From contig JANJGN010000016.1 in the NCBI GenBank assembly GCA_026770705.1, positions 36,208,001 to 36,272,000 of the forward strand: a stretch of DNA of 64,000 nt, read 5' to 3'. The translations under genes and the position numbers were made by a program. Of the stretch, positions 41,501 to 53,500 are shown one piece after another; within the stretch, counting starts at the first letter, position 1, and each line of letters begins with the position of its first letter. This DNA is from Isurus oxyrinchus (lineage: Eukaryota). The notes under the pieces are model-generated. The model had not been told where the DNA came from. It made no database searches and worked only from the letters and a program-made list of their open reading frames with translations.

Positions 41501-44500
41501 CGCCTCTTTTTGGCAAGGCCCACGGCATTAAGTGCCAAATCAGACACATAACTGGCAAGCCTTTCCCGGGATCAAGGATCCTGAGGTTAGAAATCCTGAC
41601 CTCCAAGAGCTGCTGGCCAATCAGAGCCCAGTAGGTTTTAATTGCTCAGGGGCGGCACCGCAGAGGCGGTGGCTGCTGCCGGCACTGCTCACCTGATTAC
41701 ACAGATCACCATGGACCCAGGCATGGGGTGTCATGGGAGGTGGGTCGCAACGGAAGGGGTAGGGATTCGGCAGCAAGGGCAGGGGGTCACTTCGAGCAGG
41801 TCCCCTCCACTTGATATTGGTGCCTCAATCAGGCACTGACCACCTAAAAACAGGTCTTGAAGCCCACAAGAAAACACGCCAGGATTTGCTTTACAGGCTT
41901 CCTGCATGCTGAGCACCCCCGCCCGCCACTGAGTAAATACCAGCAGCAGTGGGATGAGACTCTTAAGTGGGCATTTGATTGCCCTTAAGGGCCTCATTTG
42001 GCAGCAGGGCAGGAAAGCTGTCCATGGATCTTCCCACCACAGACTTAATCAGGGCAGCGGTGGGAAGGCAGTGGGGGTCTCCACCCGCCACCCTCTCAAC
42101 TGATTTAATGTCCCCCCCACCGCCACCAAACTCACCATGGGGGAGGGCATTAGATTCCGTCTGTAGAGTCCACTTCTGGCATGAGAGAAGCCACATGGGA
42201 ATATTTGTAAGTGGGAGAATGTGTGCATTTAATCAGCTTTTATTTCTCATTTAGCTTGTGCCTGCTGCAACTGCTGACTCAACAGAAATGTTTGGAGCAT
42301 CTGAAAACTGGAATAAACTGGCATACAATGAAGAAGGGTAATGTGACAGTGAACTCTTATTCACTGTGTGAATGAAAACTGTCCCCAGCTCAAAGCTGTG
42401 TGACATTCAGCTCTGAGCTTTGAATCAATCAGAATTGAGAATTGAAATATTGGCCCAGAATTTGCTGGGAAAATAACAGCAATTTAAATATACATGCAAT
42501 TAACGGTGTAAAAATAAATCAGCGATTTATGGTGAGGAAGGGACATCTTGTGCATTGCAATTCAGCACAAATTGCTGGATAACTTGCACAGCTTTCTTCT
42601 CAACCTTACAATAAAAAACAGCTCACTTTCAATCTCCAAGTGAGTTTCAAGAAATTACTACATTTTTGCTGTTGAAACAAATTTAATGTGCTGCAGGAAT
42701 TTAGGACTGGTACTTTATGATGTCCTCTAATCATGACATTTATATTCCTGCAATGCCACCCAATCTCTTCGGATAAAATTGGAACAATCGAAATTGTGGA
42801 ATCTCATTCTAGCAAGTAGTAAATTATTCTTCAAGGCTTTTAAAAATTAAAAAAATTATGTTTTTGAAGAATATTTCTTAGTTTTCCTTTCTATCTTTTT
42901 TTTTCTTTTTTAATCTAATCTTTCTTTCCCTCTTTTCCTTCCTCTTTCTGTGCCTAATTTCACTCGAATTCACCCACTCTCCTTCTCCGCTCTTCCTGTT
43001 TCTTTTTCTATCCTTAAATTGGATAAGGAATAGACCCTTGGTCCCTCCATTCATAAGGTCCCAGATGCCTCGCTGGCTCCGATGTTATCAGCTTGCCCTT
43101 CCTCAATTTTTGAGCTGAAGGGTGATGGAAAAACATCTAATACTGGTGACATGTGATGAAATATCCTTTGTCCAGCAAATTCAGGGCCATTCATTTGTCA
43201 ATACTGCTGCAGTGTGCTACTTTTCAATATGTCTTTGTAAATTTGCAGGTTTTATCTAATGCTTCGTTGCCATAGTTCTCCCATTCTCCTCACAATCATG
43301 GGCTCAGGAACGAGAGTGAGGTCGAAAGTGGGTGGCGACTGAGCGGAATGTTAAAAACGGAGCCAGGTGGAGCATTCCTGTTCCTCCCAGCTCCACATTT
43401 AAGGAAGTTACTTTGATTCTTGGTTGCAGGCAATTCCTCTTGCTAGTTTCCTCGAGTACAGCCACAATGGCATGGGCTGCCTTAGGGCAAAATAACTTTG
43501 GAGAGGGGATTCCAAGCTGATGTTGGGCCCCTTCCTAGAAAATGTAAATACCTAATGCCTGCATCAGGCATGGGTAAAGAACAGCTCTTGGTTGTCATTA
43601 CCCAATATGGTGAGCAACGCATTTCCAGTCAGTAGTGTGCACATGACCACCATTTTGAGGCTTAGGTGTCCACATAGCCCCTGTTTTTCTAGGACATGGG
43701 GCGGAATTTTACAGCCTGGTAATTGCAGGGGTGGAGTCGGGGCCAGAAAATGCAGCAAACCATTCAAAAGTCCATTGACTTTGGCGGAACCGGAAGATCC
43801 CGCCGGTGGGAAGGGCTGTAAAATTCCACCCATGGAGTCGGGTTCTACGTAGTGCACACAGAATAATTCCAGCTCATAATATTTAAGACAATATCGAAAC
43901 AACACAGGAAAAATTATGACTCATCTTGTGATTATAGGGTGGAATCTTCAGTTCCGGAGTCTAAGTCCTCTAGCGGGGGGGAAAGTTGCACGATTTCCCC
44001 AGGTGGCTGGACAGCTAAACACGCACAAACTTCCATTGTTCAGCTCATTAATTATGCATCACCGAGGAGCACAGCGAACCTTGTGGTGGGGTGGGCAGGG
44101 AGTCACACACCCCACCATTACCTCATGGGTCGAAGGTGCCGGACAGCCATTCACTCAGTGTAGGCCAGGAACTCTGCAATAATCCTCCAGAGTCCTTGTG
44201 GTGGCAGCTTATACTGGAGAAGCTGGCAGATGTGAGCACCTACGTCCTGGGACCTAAGAGGGCGCCTCCTGCATTGCCTTTCACTCACTTTAGATAAGAA
44301 CACGGTCTACAATAAATCCATGGTTGGGCCAGTGCTCACCATTGTAGTGGAATGTGTTCGCCAGCATCTTGACCTTCTTGAGGTCCGACTGCCTCTTGTT
44401 GCTCAGGCCCTTAAGCCTCCTGGTCCTGTGCCAATCCTCCTGGGCCCTCCATCTCCATTACCAAGGCAGGGTTGCCTGCAGCCTGCATCATCGACACAAA

Positions 44501-47500
44501 GTGGATCTGTGAACGAATTGAAGTGATAAATTTAGTGAGCATGTTCTTTACATATTTCCCCCATCTCAAAACCAGCAAGCCAGTGCTAAGCCCTTTACCT
44601 GGCCTTCATCTAGACATGGCATCTCCACCGATTCAAGGTGAAGGACATCCTAGAGGACCAGAGCTGGGTGTTTTTCCTGTTCATACATGACTGTGCATGG
44701 AGACATTGCTCTTTGACTAGGGTGATGAGAGCCATGTGCAAGAAGCCCCACTCTGACACTATTCTGCTTGTCTCCACTACCGTCGAGAATCTATAGAGAG
44801 ACCATTGCCTTGGCAACATAGAAACACTAACCACATGAGCCCTTGTCATCCAGGAACTCTGCAATAATTTAGCCAGGAGGATGGAGGCTTAGAGTCACAA
44901 GTTGGCTGCCATCCACCAGCTGTGCCCCTTGGAGGAATCTACCTCCATCCCTCCCTTCATCCCTGCCTCTGACTGCAACAGATGACAAACTGCGCATAAT
45001 GAACAGCAGTTCCACACCTTGCTGGGATCTTAGAGTTATGAGACCTATGAGTCAGGAATAATCCTGCTGCTGTATAGGCTTCACCATGGAGAGGAGAACA
45101 CAACTAAGCATGGTTTTCATCCAGTTACCTCTTGCACTAACCTGGAACTCCAGCCACCCAAAAAGACCCTCCTCCCACTCCGAGGGATCTCACTTACCCA
45201 CTAACTGCCTGGTCAAAGTCAGATTAGAAAAGTGGTGCGCGTCACTTTCCAGACTCGGTCCATCACCTTCTACCTTCCCCTGTCACCCACCAGCTTCTCC
45301 CCATCATCCTTGACCCACCCAATATCACCATTTCTCTCCTGTCTGTCACCCTTGAGCCTCCCCATTACCCTGGACCCTATTACAGTCTGCCTCCACCTGC
45401 TTTCCCTCCCCTCAGAGCTAACACCCATTATTGTCCCCACATCCATCCTGACCCTGCCCCCTCCCATTATCTGAGTCCCCCTATAGTCAATAGTCCCCCT
45501 CCACAAACCCCCAATGAGCAAAGGCGTTCACGCACCAAACACTCGTTCTGGACCTGTCAGCCCATCACATTGCACTTCTTCCACTGACAGTGAGTGGTCC
45601 CTCCTATCACCAGTATCCTGAGTTCACCTCCCAGGATCCTCCCACAACCCCAACCCCATTGACACCATCAACCCTGCCCTTTAAGCCACCCTTTCCACCA
45701 TCCACCCTCTTCACTGAACACTCTCCCCCCATCTCTTCCCCAGACACCCACCCCTCAACAATTACCCGCTTAGCCTGCCTCCCGTGTCTAGCCAATCTGC
45801 AGCTTTTGCTATGGGCTGTCAATATGAGTGAAGTGATGTGAGGTCCTCAAGAAGACCAAAGCAGCATCTACTGACCCCAAAGCCATGGAAGAAGTGAAGC
45901 TCTCCAGATGCATGTCACTTACATACAATTGTAAAACTGCACATTCTAAATTCTCATTGGCGGAGAACTTAGTTTGAAGGGCGAACTTAATCCTGGCATG
46001 GTGGTCTTTTAATGAGCATGCATGAGATGCTAATGCATGCAAATGGGGTTCCTGACATTGTTCGTCAGAAGCTTCACCTGTCTTTAATCCACCTTGAAAG
46101 TCCAACAGTTTATCCCACCGTCGGGAAAGAGATTTTTTGCCACCTGCCAATTTAAGTGCGCCCACCCGCCACAATTCACACTGTTAGCAGAAGTGGAAGA
46201 TTCCACCCAAAGCATCTAAGGCAGTCACAAAGGAACTGGAGCTGTAACATATTTTCATATATTTTTCACATATGAGGGAAAGACCGAATTTTTAATACCA
46301 GAGTAAAGTTAGTTCAATAAAGACAAATTGATTTTTCTTTTATATGGTACAGTGTGTTGTGTGAACAGAGATATTTTGAGGGAACTGGTACAATGCATAT
46401 TGTGCTTTTCCCTCTCACAGCAGGCGTAGCCGGCCAGACAGTGCATCGTCCTATCAGGAGAAGTGTATTGAAGCCTGGAAAAACATCTCCACAGAGATAT
46501 TTGGGCACAGAGAAGCAGTGGTAAAAAGTATGAAGAGAGAAGTTTAAAAAATAAAATGTATATTTTTTTGGTGATGGTTCTGCCAAAATTTGTGCACCCT
46601 TGCTCTCAATTTCATTCCTCTTCCCAGCAGCTTCTTTAGACTAAACATAACAAAGCACATCCTTGATCCTATTATGAGTTTGAATCTACATTATCTGGTC
46701 AAACAACATGATTGCTAACTTCCACTTTTGTCCCTGTTTCAACCCATCAATCCCAACATCCCATCATGCCACCTGCCACCCCTCTGCTTGTTGACCTGGC
46801 CTCAGAACCCATAGCACATTGATTTCTAAACTTTCATTTGCATCCTTATCTACAAACCCCTCCAGGACCATACACAAGCAGACCTATGCAGTCTCTTCCA
46901 AGGTCGCCCTACATTTCTACTTGTAGATTTTGTTCTTCCATTGCAACCTAGTTGTGATCTCCCATCACTATGCTTAACCTACATCAGCAGATCCACAATG
47001 CAGTCTGGACTACTGTTTCAAAATCCAATTTTGAAAACCACCTTGAAGTCTAGTTCTCTGACCTTGCTTTCAACCAGTTGCACCAATACTTCTTCCAGCT
47101 GATGTCTTTATGAGGTGCTGTCTGAATGTGAGCATTCTGTCAACGATGATGTCTTGATTAACAGGGTGGGGATTGTGCTTCAGTCTCCAGCAATCCAGGC
47201 TGATGCTCAATCCTCTCTTCGCATTGGCACTGTGAAGGTAGTATGTGCTAGAGACTATTTTACCGGTGCTCGCTTTTAGGCCCCATGTCTTACAATAATT
47301 GGCGAGCTTTTCAATGTTGTCATTTAATGCATCTTCCAGCTTAGGGCAAGTCTGAGCCTGTGTTCCACAGCTGATGTTTCCTGCATAGAAAAGCTTCTGG
47401 GACAGGTTTGGGGGTAGGTCACATTTTTTTATTCGTTCATGGGATGTGGGCATCGTTGGCTAGGCCAGCATTTATTGCCCATTCCTAATAGCCCTTGAGA

Positions 47501-50500
47501 AGGTGGCGGTGAGCTGCCTTCTTGAACCACTGCAGTCCATGTGGTATGGGTACACCCACAGTGCTGTTAGGAAGGGAGTTCCAGGATATGGACCCAGCGA
47601 CAGTGAAGGAACGGTGATATATTTCCAAGTCAGGATGGTGAGTGGCTTGGAGGGGAACTTACAGGTGCTGGTGTTGCATGTGTCTGCTGCCCTTGTCCTT
47701 CTACATGGTGGCAGTCGTGCATTTGGAAGGTACTGTCTAAGGAGCTTTGGTGGGTTTCTGCAGTGCATCTTGTAGATGGTGCATGTTGTTGCCACTGTGC
47801 ATTGGTGGTGGAGGGTGTGAATGTTTGTGGATGGGGTACCAATCAAGCAGATATAAAAACAAAAAACTGCGGATGCTGGAAATCCAAAACAAAAACAGAA
47901 TTACCTGGAAAAACTCAACAGGTCTGGCAGCATCGGCGGAGAAGAAAAGAGTTGATGTTTCAAGTCCTCATGAATCTTCAACAGAACGAGGTGAATGCAA
48001 GGAGAGGGGTGAAATATAAGCTGGTTTAAGGTGGGGGGGGGGTGTGGGGTGGGGGGGAGGGGGGTGGGGGGAGAAGTGGAGGTGGGGGGGTTGTTAGGAT
48101 AGGAGCAGATAATCAAAAGATGTCACAGACAAAAGAACAAAAGAACACAGAGGTGTTGAAGTTGGTGATTTTATCTAAACGAATGTGCTAATTAAGAATG
48201 GATGGTAGGGCACTCAAGGTATAGCTCTAGTGGGGGTGGGGGGGCATAAAAGATTTCAAAATAATGGAAATAGGTGGGAAAAAAATCTATATAAATTATT
48301 GGAAAAAACAAAAGGAAGGGGGAAGAAACAGAAAGGGGGTGGGGATGGAGGAGGGAGTTCAAGACCTAAAGTTGTTGAATTCAATAGTCAATCCGGAAGG
48401 CTGTAAAGTGCCTAGTCAGAAGATGAGGTGCTGTTCCTCCAGTTTGCGTTGGGCTTCACTGGAACAATGCAGCAAGCCAAGGACAGACATGTGGGCAAGA
48501 GAGCAGGGTGGAGTGTTAAAATGGCAAGCAACAGGGAGGTTTGGGTCATTCTTGCAGACAGACCGCAGGTGTTCTGTAAAGCGGTCGCCCAGTTTACGTT
48601 TGGTCTCTCCAATGTAGAGGAGAACACTTTGCGAGCAACGAATGCAGTAGACTAAGTTGGAGGAAATGCAAGTGAAATGCTGCTTCACTTGAAAGGAGTG
48701 TTTGGGCCCTTGGACGGTGAGGAGAGAGGAAGTGAAGGGGCAGGTAATACATCTTTTGCGTGGGCATGGGGAGGTGCCATAGGTGGGGGTTGAGGAGTAG
48801 GGGGTGATGGAGGAATGGACCAGGGTGTCCCGGAGGGAACGATCCCTACGGAATGCTGCTGGGGGGGTGAAGGGAAGATGTGTTTGGTGGTGGCATCATG
48901 CTGGAGTTGGCGGAAATGGCGGAGGATGATCCTTTGAATGCAGAGGCTGGTGGGGTGATAAGTGAGGACAAGGGAGACCCTATCATGTTTCTGGGAGGGA
49001 GGAGAAGGCATGAGGGCGGATGCGTGGGAGATGGGCCAGACGTGTTTGAGGGCCTTGTCAACGACTGTGGGTGGAAAACCTTGGTTAAGGAAGAAGGAGG
49101 ACATGTCAGAGGAACTGTTTTTGAAGGTAGCATCATCAGAACAGATGCAACGGAGGCGAAGGAACTGAGAGAATGGGATAGAGTCCTTACAGGAAGCGGG
49201 GTGTGAGGAGCTGTAGTCGAGGTAGCTGTGGGAATCGGTAGGCTTGTAATGGATAATGGTGGACAGTCTATCACCAGAGATTGAGACAGAGAGGTCAAGG
49301 AAGGGAAGGGAAGTGTCAGAGATGGACCACGTGAAAATGATGGAGGGGTGGAGATTGGAAGCAAAATTAATAAATTTTTCCAAGTCCTGACGAAAGCATG
49401 AAGCAGCACCGAAGTAATCATCGATATACCGGAGAAAGAGTTGTGGGAGGGGGCCGGAGTAGGACTGGAACAAGGAATGTTCCACATACCCCATAAGGAG
49501 ACAGGCGTAGCTGGGGCCCATGCGGGTACCTATAGCCACACATTTTATTTGGAGGAGGTGAGAGGAGTTGAAGGAGAAATTGTTCAGTGTGAGAACTGAG
49601 GAGAGTAGTGGTGGATGGGGATTGTTCAGGCCTCTGTTCGAGGAAGAAGCTAAGGGCCCTCAGACCATCCTGGTGGGGGATGGAGGTGTAGAGAGATTGG
49701 ATGTCCATGGTGAAGAGGAAGCAGTTGGGGCCAGGGAACTGAAAATTGTTGATGTGATGTAAGGTGTCAGAGGAATCACGGATGTAGGTGGGAAGGGACT
49801 GGACAAGGGGAGAGAGAAGGGAGTCAAGATAACGAGAAATGAGTTCCGTGGGGCAGGAGGAAGCTGACATGATCGGTCTACCGGGACAGTTCTGTTTGTG
49901 GATTTTGGGTAGGAGGTAGAAGCGGGCCGTCCGAGGTTGGGCGACTATCAGGTTGGAAGCTGTGGGAGGAAGATCCCCAGAGGAGATGATGTCAGTGACA
50001 GTCCTGGAAATACTGTTTCCCTGGAAGGGCTGTTTCCAGGACTGTCACTGACTTCACCTCCTCTAGGGATCTTTCTCCCACAGCTTCCAACCTGATAGTC
50101 GCCCAGCCTCGGATGGCCCGCTTCTACCTCCTACCCAAAATCCACAAACAGAGCTGTCCCGGTAGACCAATCGTGTCAGCTTGCTCCTGCCCCACAGATC
50201 TCATTTCTCATTTCTCATTTCTCATTTCTCATTTCTCCCTTTTCTCTCCCCTTGTCCAGTCCCTTCCCACCTACATCCGTGATTCCTCTGACACCTTACG
50301 TCACATCAACAATTTCCAGTTCCCTGGCTCCAACCGCTTCCTCTTCACCATGGACGTCCAATCCCTCTACATCTCCATCCCCCACCAGGATGGTCTGAGG
50401 GCCCTCAGCTTCTTCCTCGAACAGAGGCCCGAACAATCCCCATCCACCACTACTCTCCTCCGTCTGGCCAAACTTGTTCTCACGTTGAACAATTTCTCCT

Positions 50501-53500
50501 TCAACTCCTCTCACTTTCTCCAAATAAAAGGTGTGGCTATGGGTACCCGCATGGGCCCCAGCTATGCCTGTCTCTTTATGGGGTATGTGGAACATTCCTT
50601 GTTGCAGTCCTACCCCGGCCCCCTTCCACAACTTTTTCTCCGGTACATCGATGATTACTTCGGTGCCGCTTCATGCTCTCGTCGGGACTTGGAAAAATTT
50701 ATTAATTTTGCTTCCAATCTCCACCCCTCCATCATTTTCACGTGGTCCATCTCTGACACTTCCCTTCCCTTCCTTGACCTCTCTGTCTCAATCTCTGGTG
50801 ATAGACTGTCCACCAATATCCATTACAAACCCACCGACTCCCACAGCTACCTCGACTACAGCTCCTCACACCCCGCTTCCTGTAAGGACTCCATCCCATT
50901 CTCCCAGTTCCTTCGCCTTCGTCGCATCTGTTCCGATGATGCTACCTTCAAAAACGGTTCCTCTGACATGTTCTCCTTCTTCCTTAACCGAGGTTTTCCA
51001 CCGACGGTCGTTGACAGGGCCCTCAACCGTGTCTGACCCATCTCCCGCACATCCGCTCTCACGCCTTCTCCTCCCTCCCAGAAACATGATAGGGTCCCCC
51101 TTGTCCTCACTTATCACCCCACCAGCCTCCGCATTCAAAGGATCATCCTCCGCCATTTCCGCCAACTCCAGCATGATGCCACCACCAAACACATCTTCCC
51201 TTCACCCGCCACCAGCAGCATTCCGTAGGGATCGTTCCTACGGGACACCCTGGTCCACTCCTCCATCACCCCCTAATCCTCAACCCCCACCTATGGCACC
51301 TCCCCATGCCCACGCAAAAGATGTAACACCTGCCCCTTCACTTCCTCTCTCCTCACTCCAAGGGCCCAAACACTCCTTTCAAGTGAAGCAGCATTTCACT
51401 TGCATTTCCCCCAACTTAGTCTACTGCATTCGTTGCTCCCAATGCGGTCTCCTCTACATTGGAGAGACCAAACATAAACTGGGTGACCGCTTTGCAGAAC
51501 ACCTGCGGTCTGTCTGCAAGAATGACCCAAACCTCCCTATCGCTTGCCATTTTAACACTCCACCCTGCTCTCTTGCCCACATGTCTGTCCTTGGCTTGCT
51601 GCATTGTTCCAGTGAAGCCCAACGCAAACTGGAGGAACAGCACCTCACCTTCTGACTAGGCACTTTACAGCCTTCCGGACTGAACATTGAATTCAACAAC
51701 TTTAGGTCTTGAACTCCCTCCTCCATCCCCACCCCCTTTCTGTTTCTTCCCCCTTCCTTTTGTTTTTTCCAATAATTTATATAGATTTTTTTCCCACCTA
51801 TTGCCATTATTTTGAAATCCTTTATGCCCCCCACCCCCACTAGAGCTATACCTTGAGTGTCCTACTATCCATTCTTAATTAGCACATTCTTTTGGATAAA
51901 ATCACCAACTTCAACACCTCTGTGTTCTTTTGTTCTTTTGTCTGTGACATCTTTTGATTATCTGCTCCTATCACTGCTTGCTTGTCCCTACAACCACACC
52001 ACCCCCCCACTTCTCTCCCCCCACCCAACCCCCCACACCACCACCACCACCCCACCCACCCCCCCCCGCCCCCCCCCCCCGCCCCCACCTTAAACCAGCT
52101 TATATTTCACCCCTCTCCTTGGATTCACCTCGTTCTGTTGAAGGGTCATGAGGACTCGAAACGTCAACACCAATCAAGCAGGCTGCTTTATCCTGGATGG
52201 TGTTAAGCTTCTTGAGTGTTGTTGGAGCTGCACTCATCTCGGCAAGTGGAGGGTATTCCATCACACCCCTGACTTGTGCCTTGTAGATGTGGACAGGCTT
52301 TGGGGAGTCAAGAGGTGAGTTATTCACCACAGAATTCCTAGCTTCTGACCCGCTCTTGTAGCCACATACTTACATGGTTAGTCCAGTTCAGATTCTGTTC
52401 AATGGCAACCCCCAGGATGTTGTTAGTGGGGAATTCAGTGATGATAATGCCATTGAATGTCAAGGGGCAATGCTTAGATTATCTCTTGTTGGAGATGATT
52501 GTTGCCTGTCCCTTGTGTGGTACAATCGTTACTTGTTTTTTATTAATTTACAGAATGTGGACTTCACTGGCTAGGCTAGCATTTATTGCCTGCCCCTAAT
52601 TGCCCATGAGAAGGTGGTGGTGAACTGCGTTCTTGAACTGCTGCAGTCCCTGTGTTGTAGGTACACCCATCATGCTATTACTTGCTACTTGTCAGCCCAG
52701 GCCTGGAAATTGTCCAGGTCTTGCTGCATTTGGACATGGAGGGCTTCAGTATCTGAGGAATCACGAATGGTGCTGAACATTGTGCAATCATCAGCGAACA
52801 TCCTCACTTCTGACCTTATGGTGAAGGGAAAATCGTTGATGAAGCAGCTGAAAATGGTTAGGCATAGGACACTACCCTGAGGAACATCTGAAGTGATTTC
52901 CTGGAACTGACCACCACCATCTTCCTTTGTGCTAGGTATGACTCCAACCAACAGAGAGTTTTCCTCCTGCTTCCCAAAGACCCGAATTTTGCTAGGGCTC
53001 CTTGATGCCACACTCATGTCAAGGGCAGTCACTCTTACCTCACCTTAGAGTTCAGATCTTTTGTCCATTTTTGGACCAAGGCTGTAATGCGGTCAGGAGC
53101 TGAGTGGCCCTGGCGGAACCCAATCTGAGCATCAGTGGCCAGGTTATTGCTAAGCAAGTGTCTCTTGATAGCACTGTTGATGACCCCTTCCATCACTTTA
53201 CTGATGATCGACAGTAGACTGATGGGGCGGTAGTTGGCTGGGTTGGATTTGTCCTGCTTTTTGTGTGACATACCTGGGCAATTTTCCACATTTCCAGGTA
53301 GATGCCAGTGTTATAGCATTGGTGCACAAGTTGAACAGGATTGGAGCTACGACAGACCCCTGGGGTAGCCCATTTGTCTATTTCCTAGTCAGACACTAGT
53401 CTTTTCACCCACACTGTTTGTCCCAGAGTAGTTGTTGAATGCTGTCAGTAACCCTGGGGAGGGAGAATTCCTGAAATTTTGATGAATAGGCCAATGTGCC

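Larger units (their letters stand above)
47851..52168. mobile_element. Penelope-like retroelement, two 5'-truncated copies head-to-head
   Basis: Arms 47851-50010 (-) and 50033-52168 (+); TSD ACCAATCAAGCAG at 47838-47850 and 52169-52181. Confidence 0.95.
47424..53318 (-). mobile_element. CR1/L2-group (Crack/Daphne-like) LINE, split by the Penelope insertion
   Basis: NPANYRPISLLSIISKVME, VPQGSVL, RMFADDCT, YKAQVRGVMEY; A-rich 3' end at 47424. Confidence 0.88.

Noticed and set aside
48031-48092. G-rich tract as a dedicated G-quadruplex element
   Set aside because: It is the variable poly-C/G tract of the PLE 3' region (mirror at 52000-52090).
50531-51655. 374-aa Pro/Ser/Thr-rich ORF as a novel protein
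   Set aside because: Alternative frame of the C-rich PLE RT that shifts into the GIY-YIG frame at a mutation.
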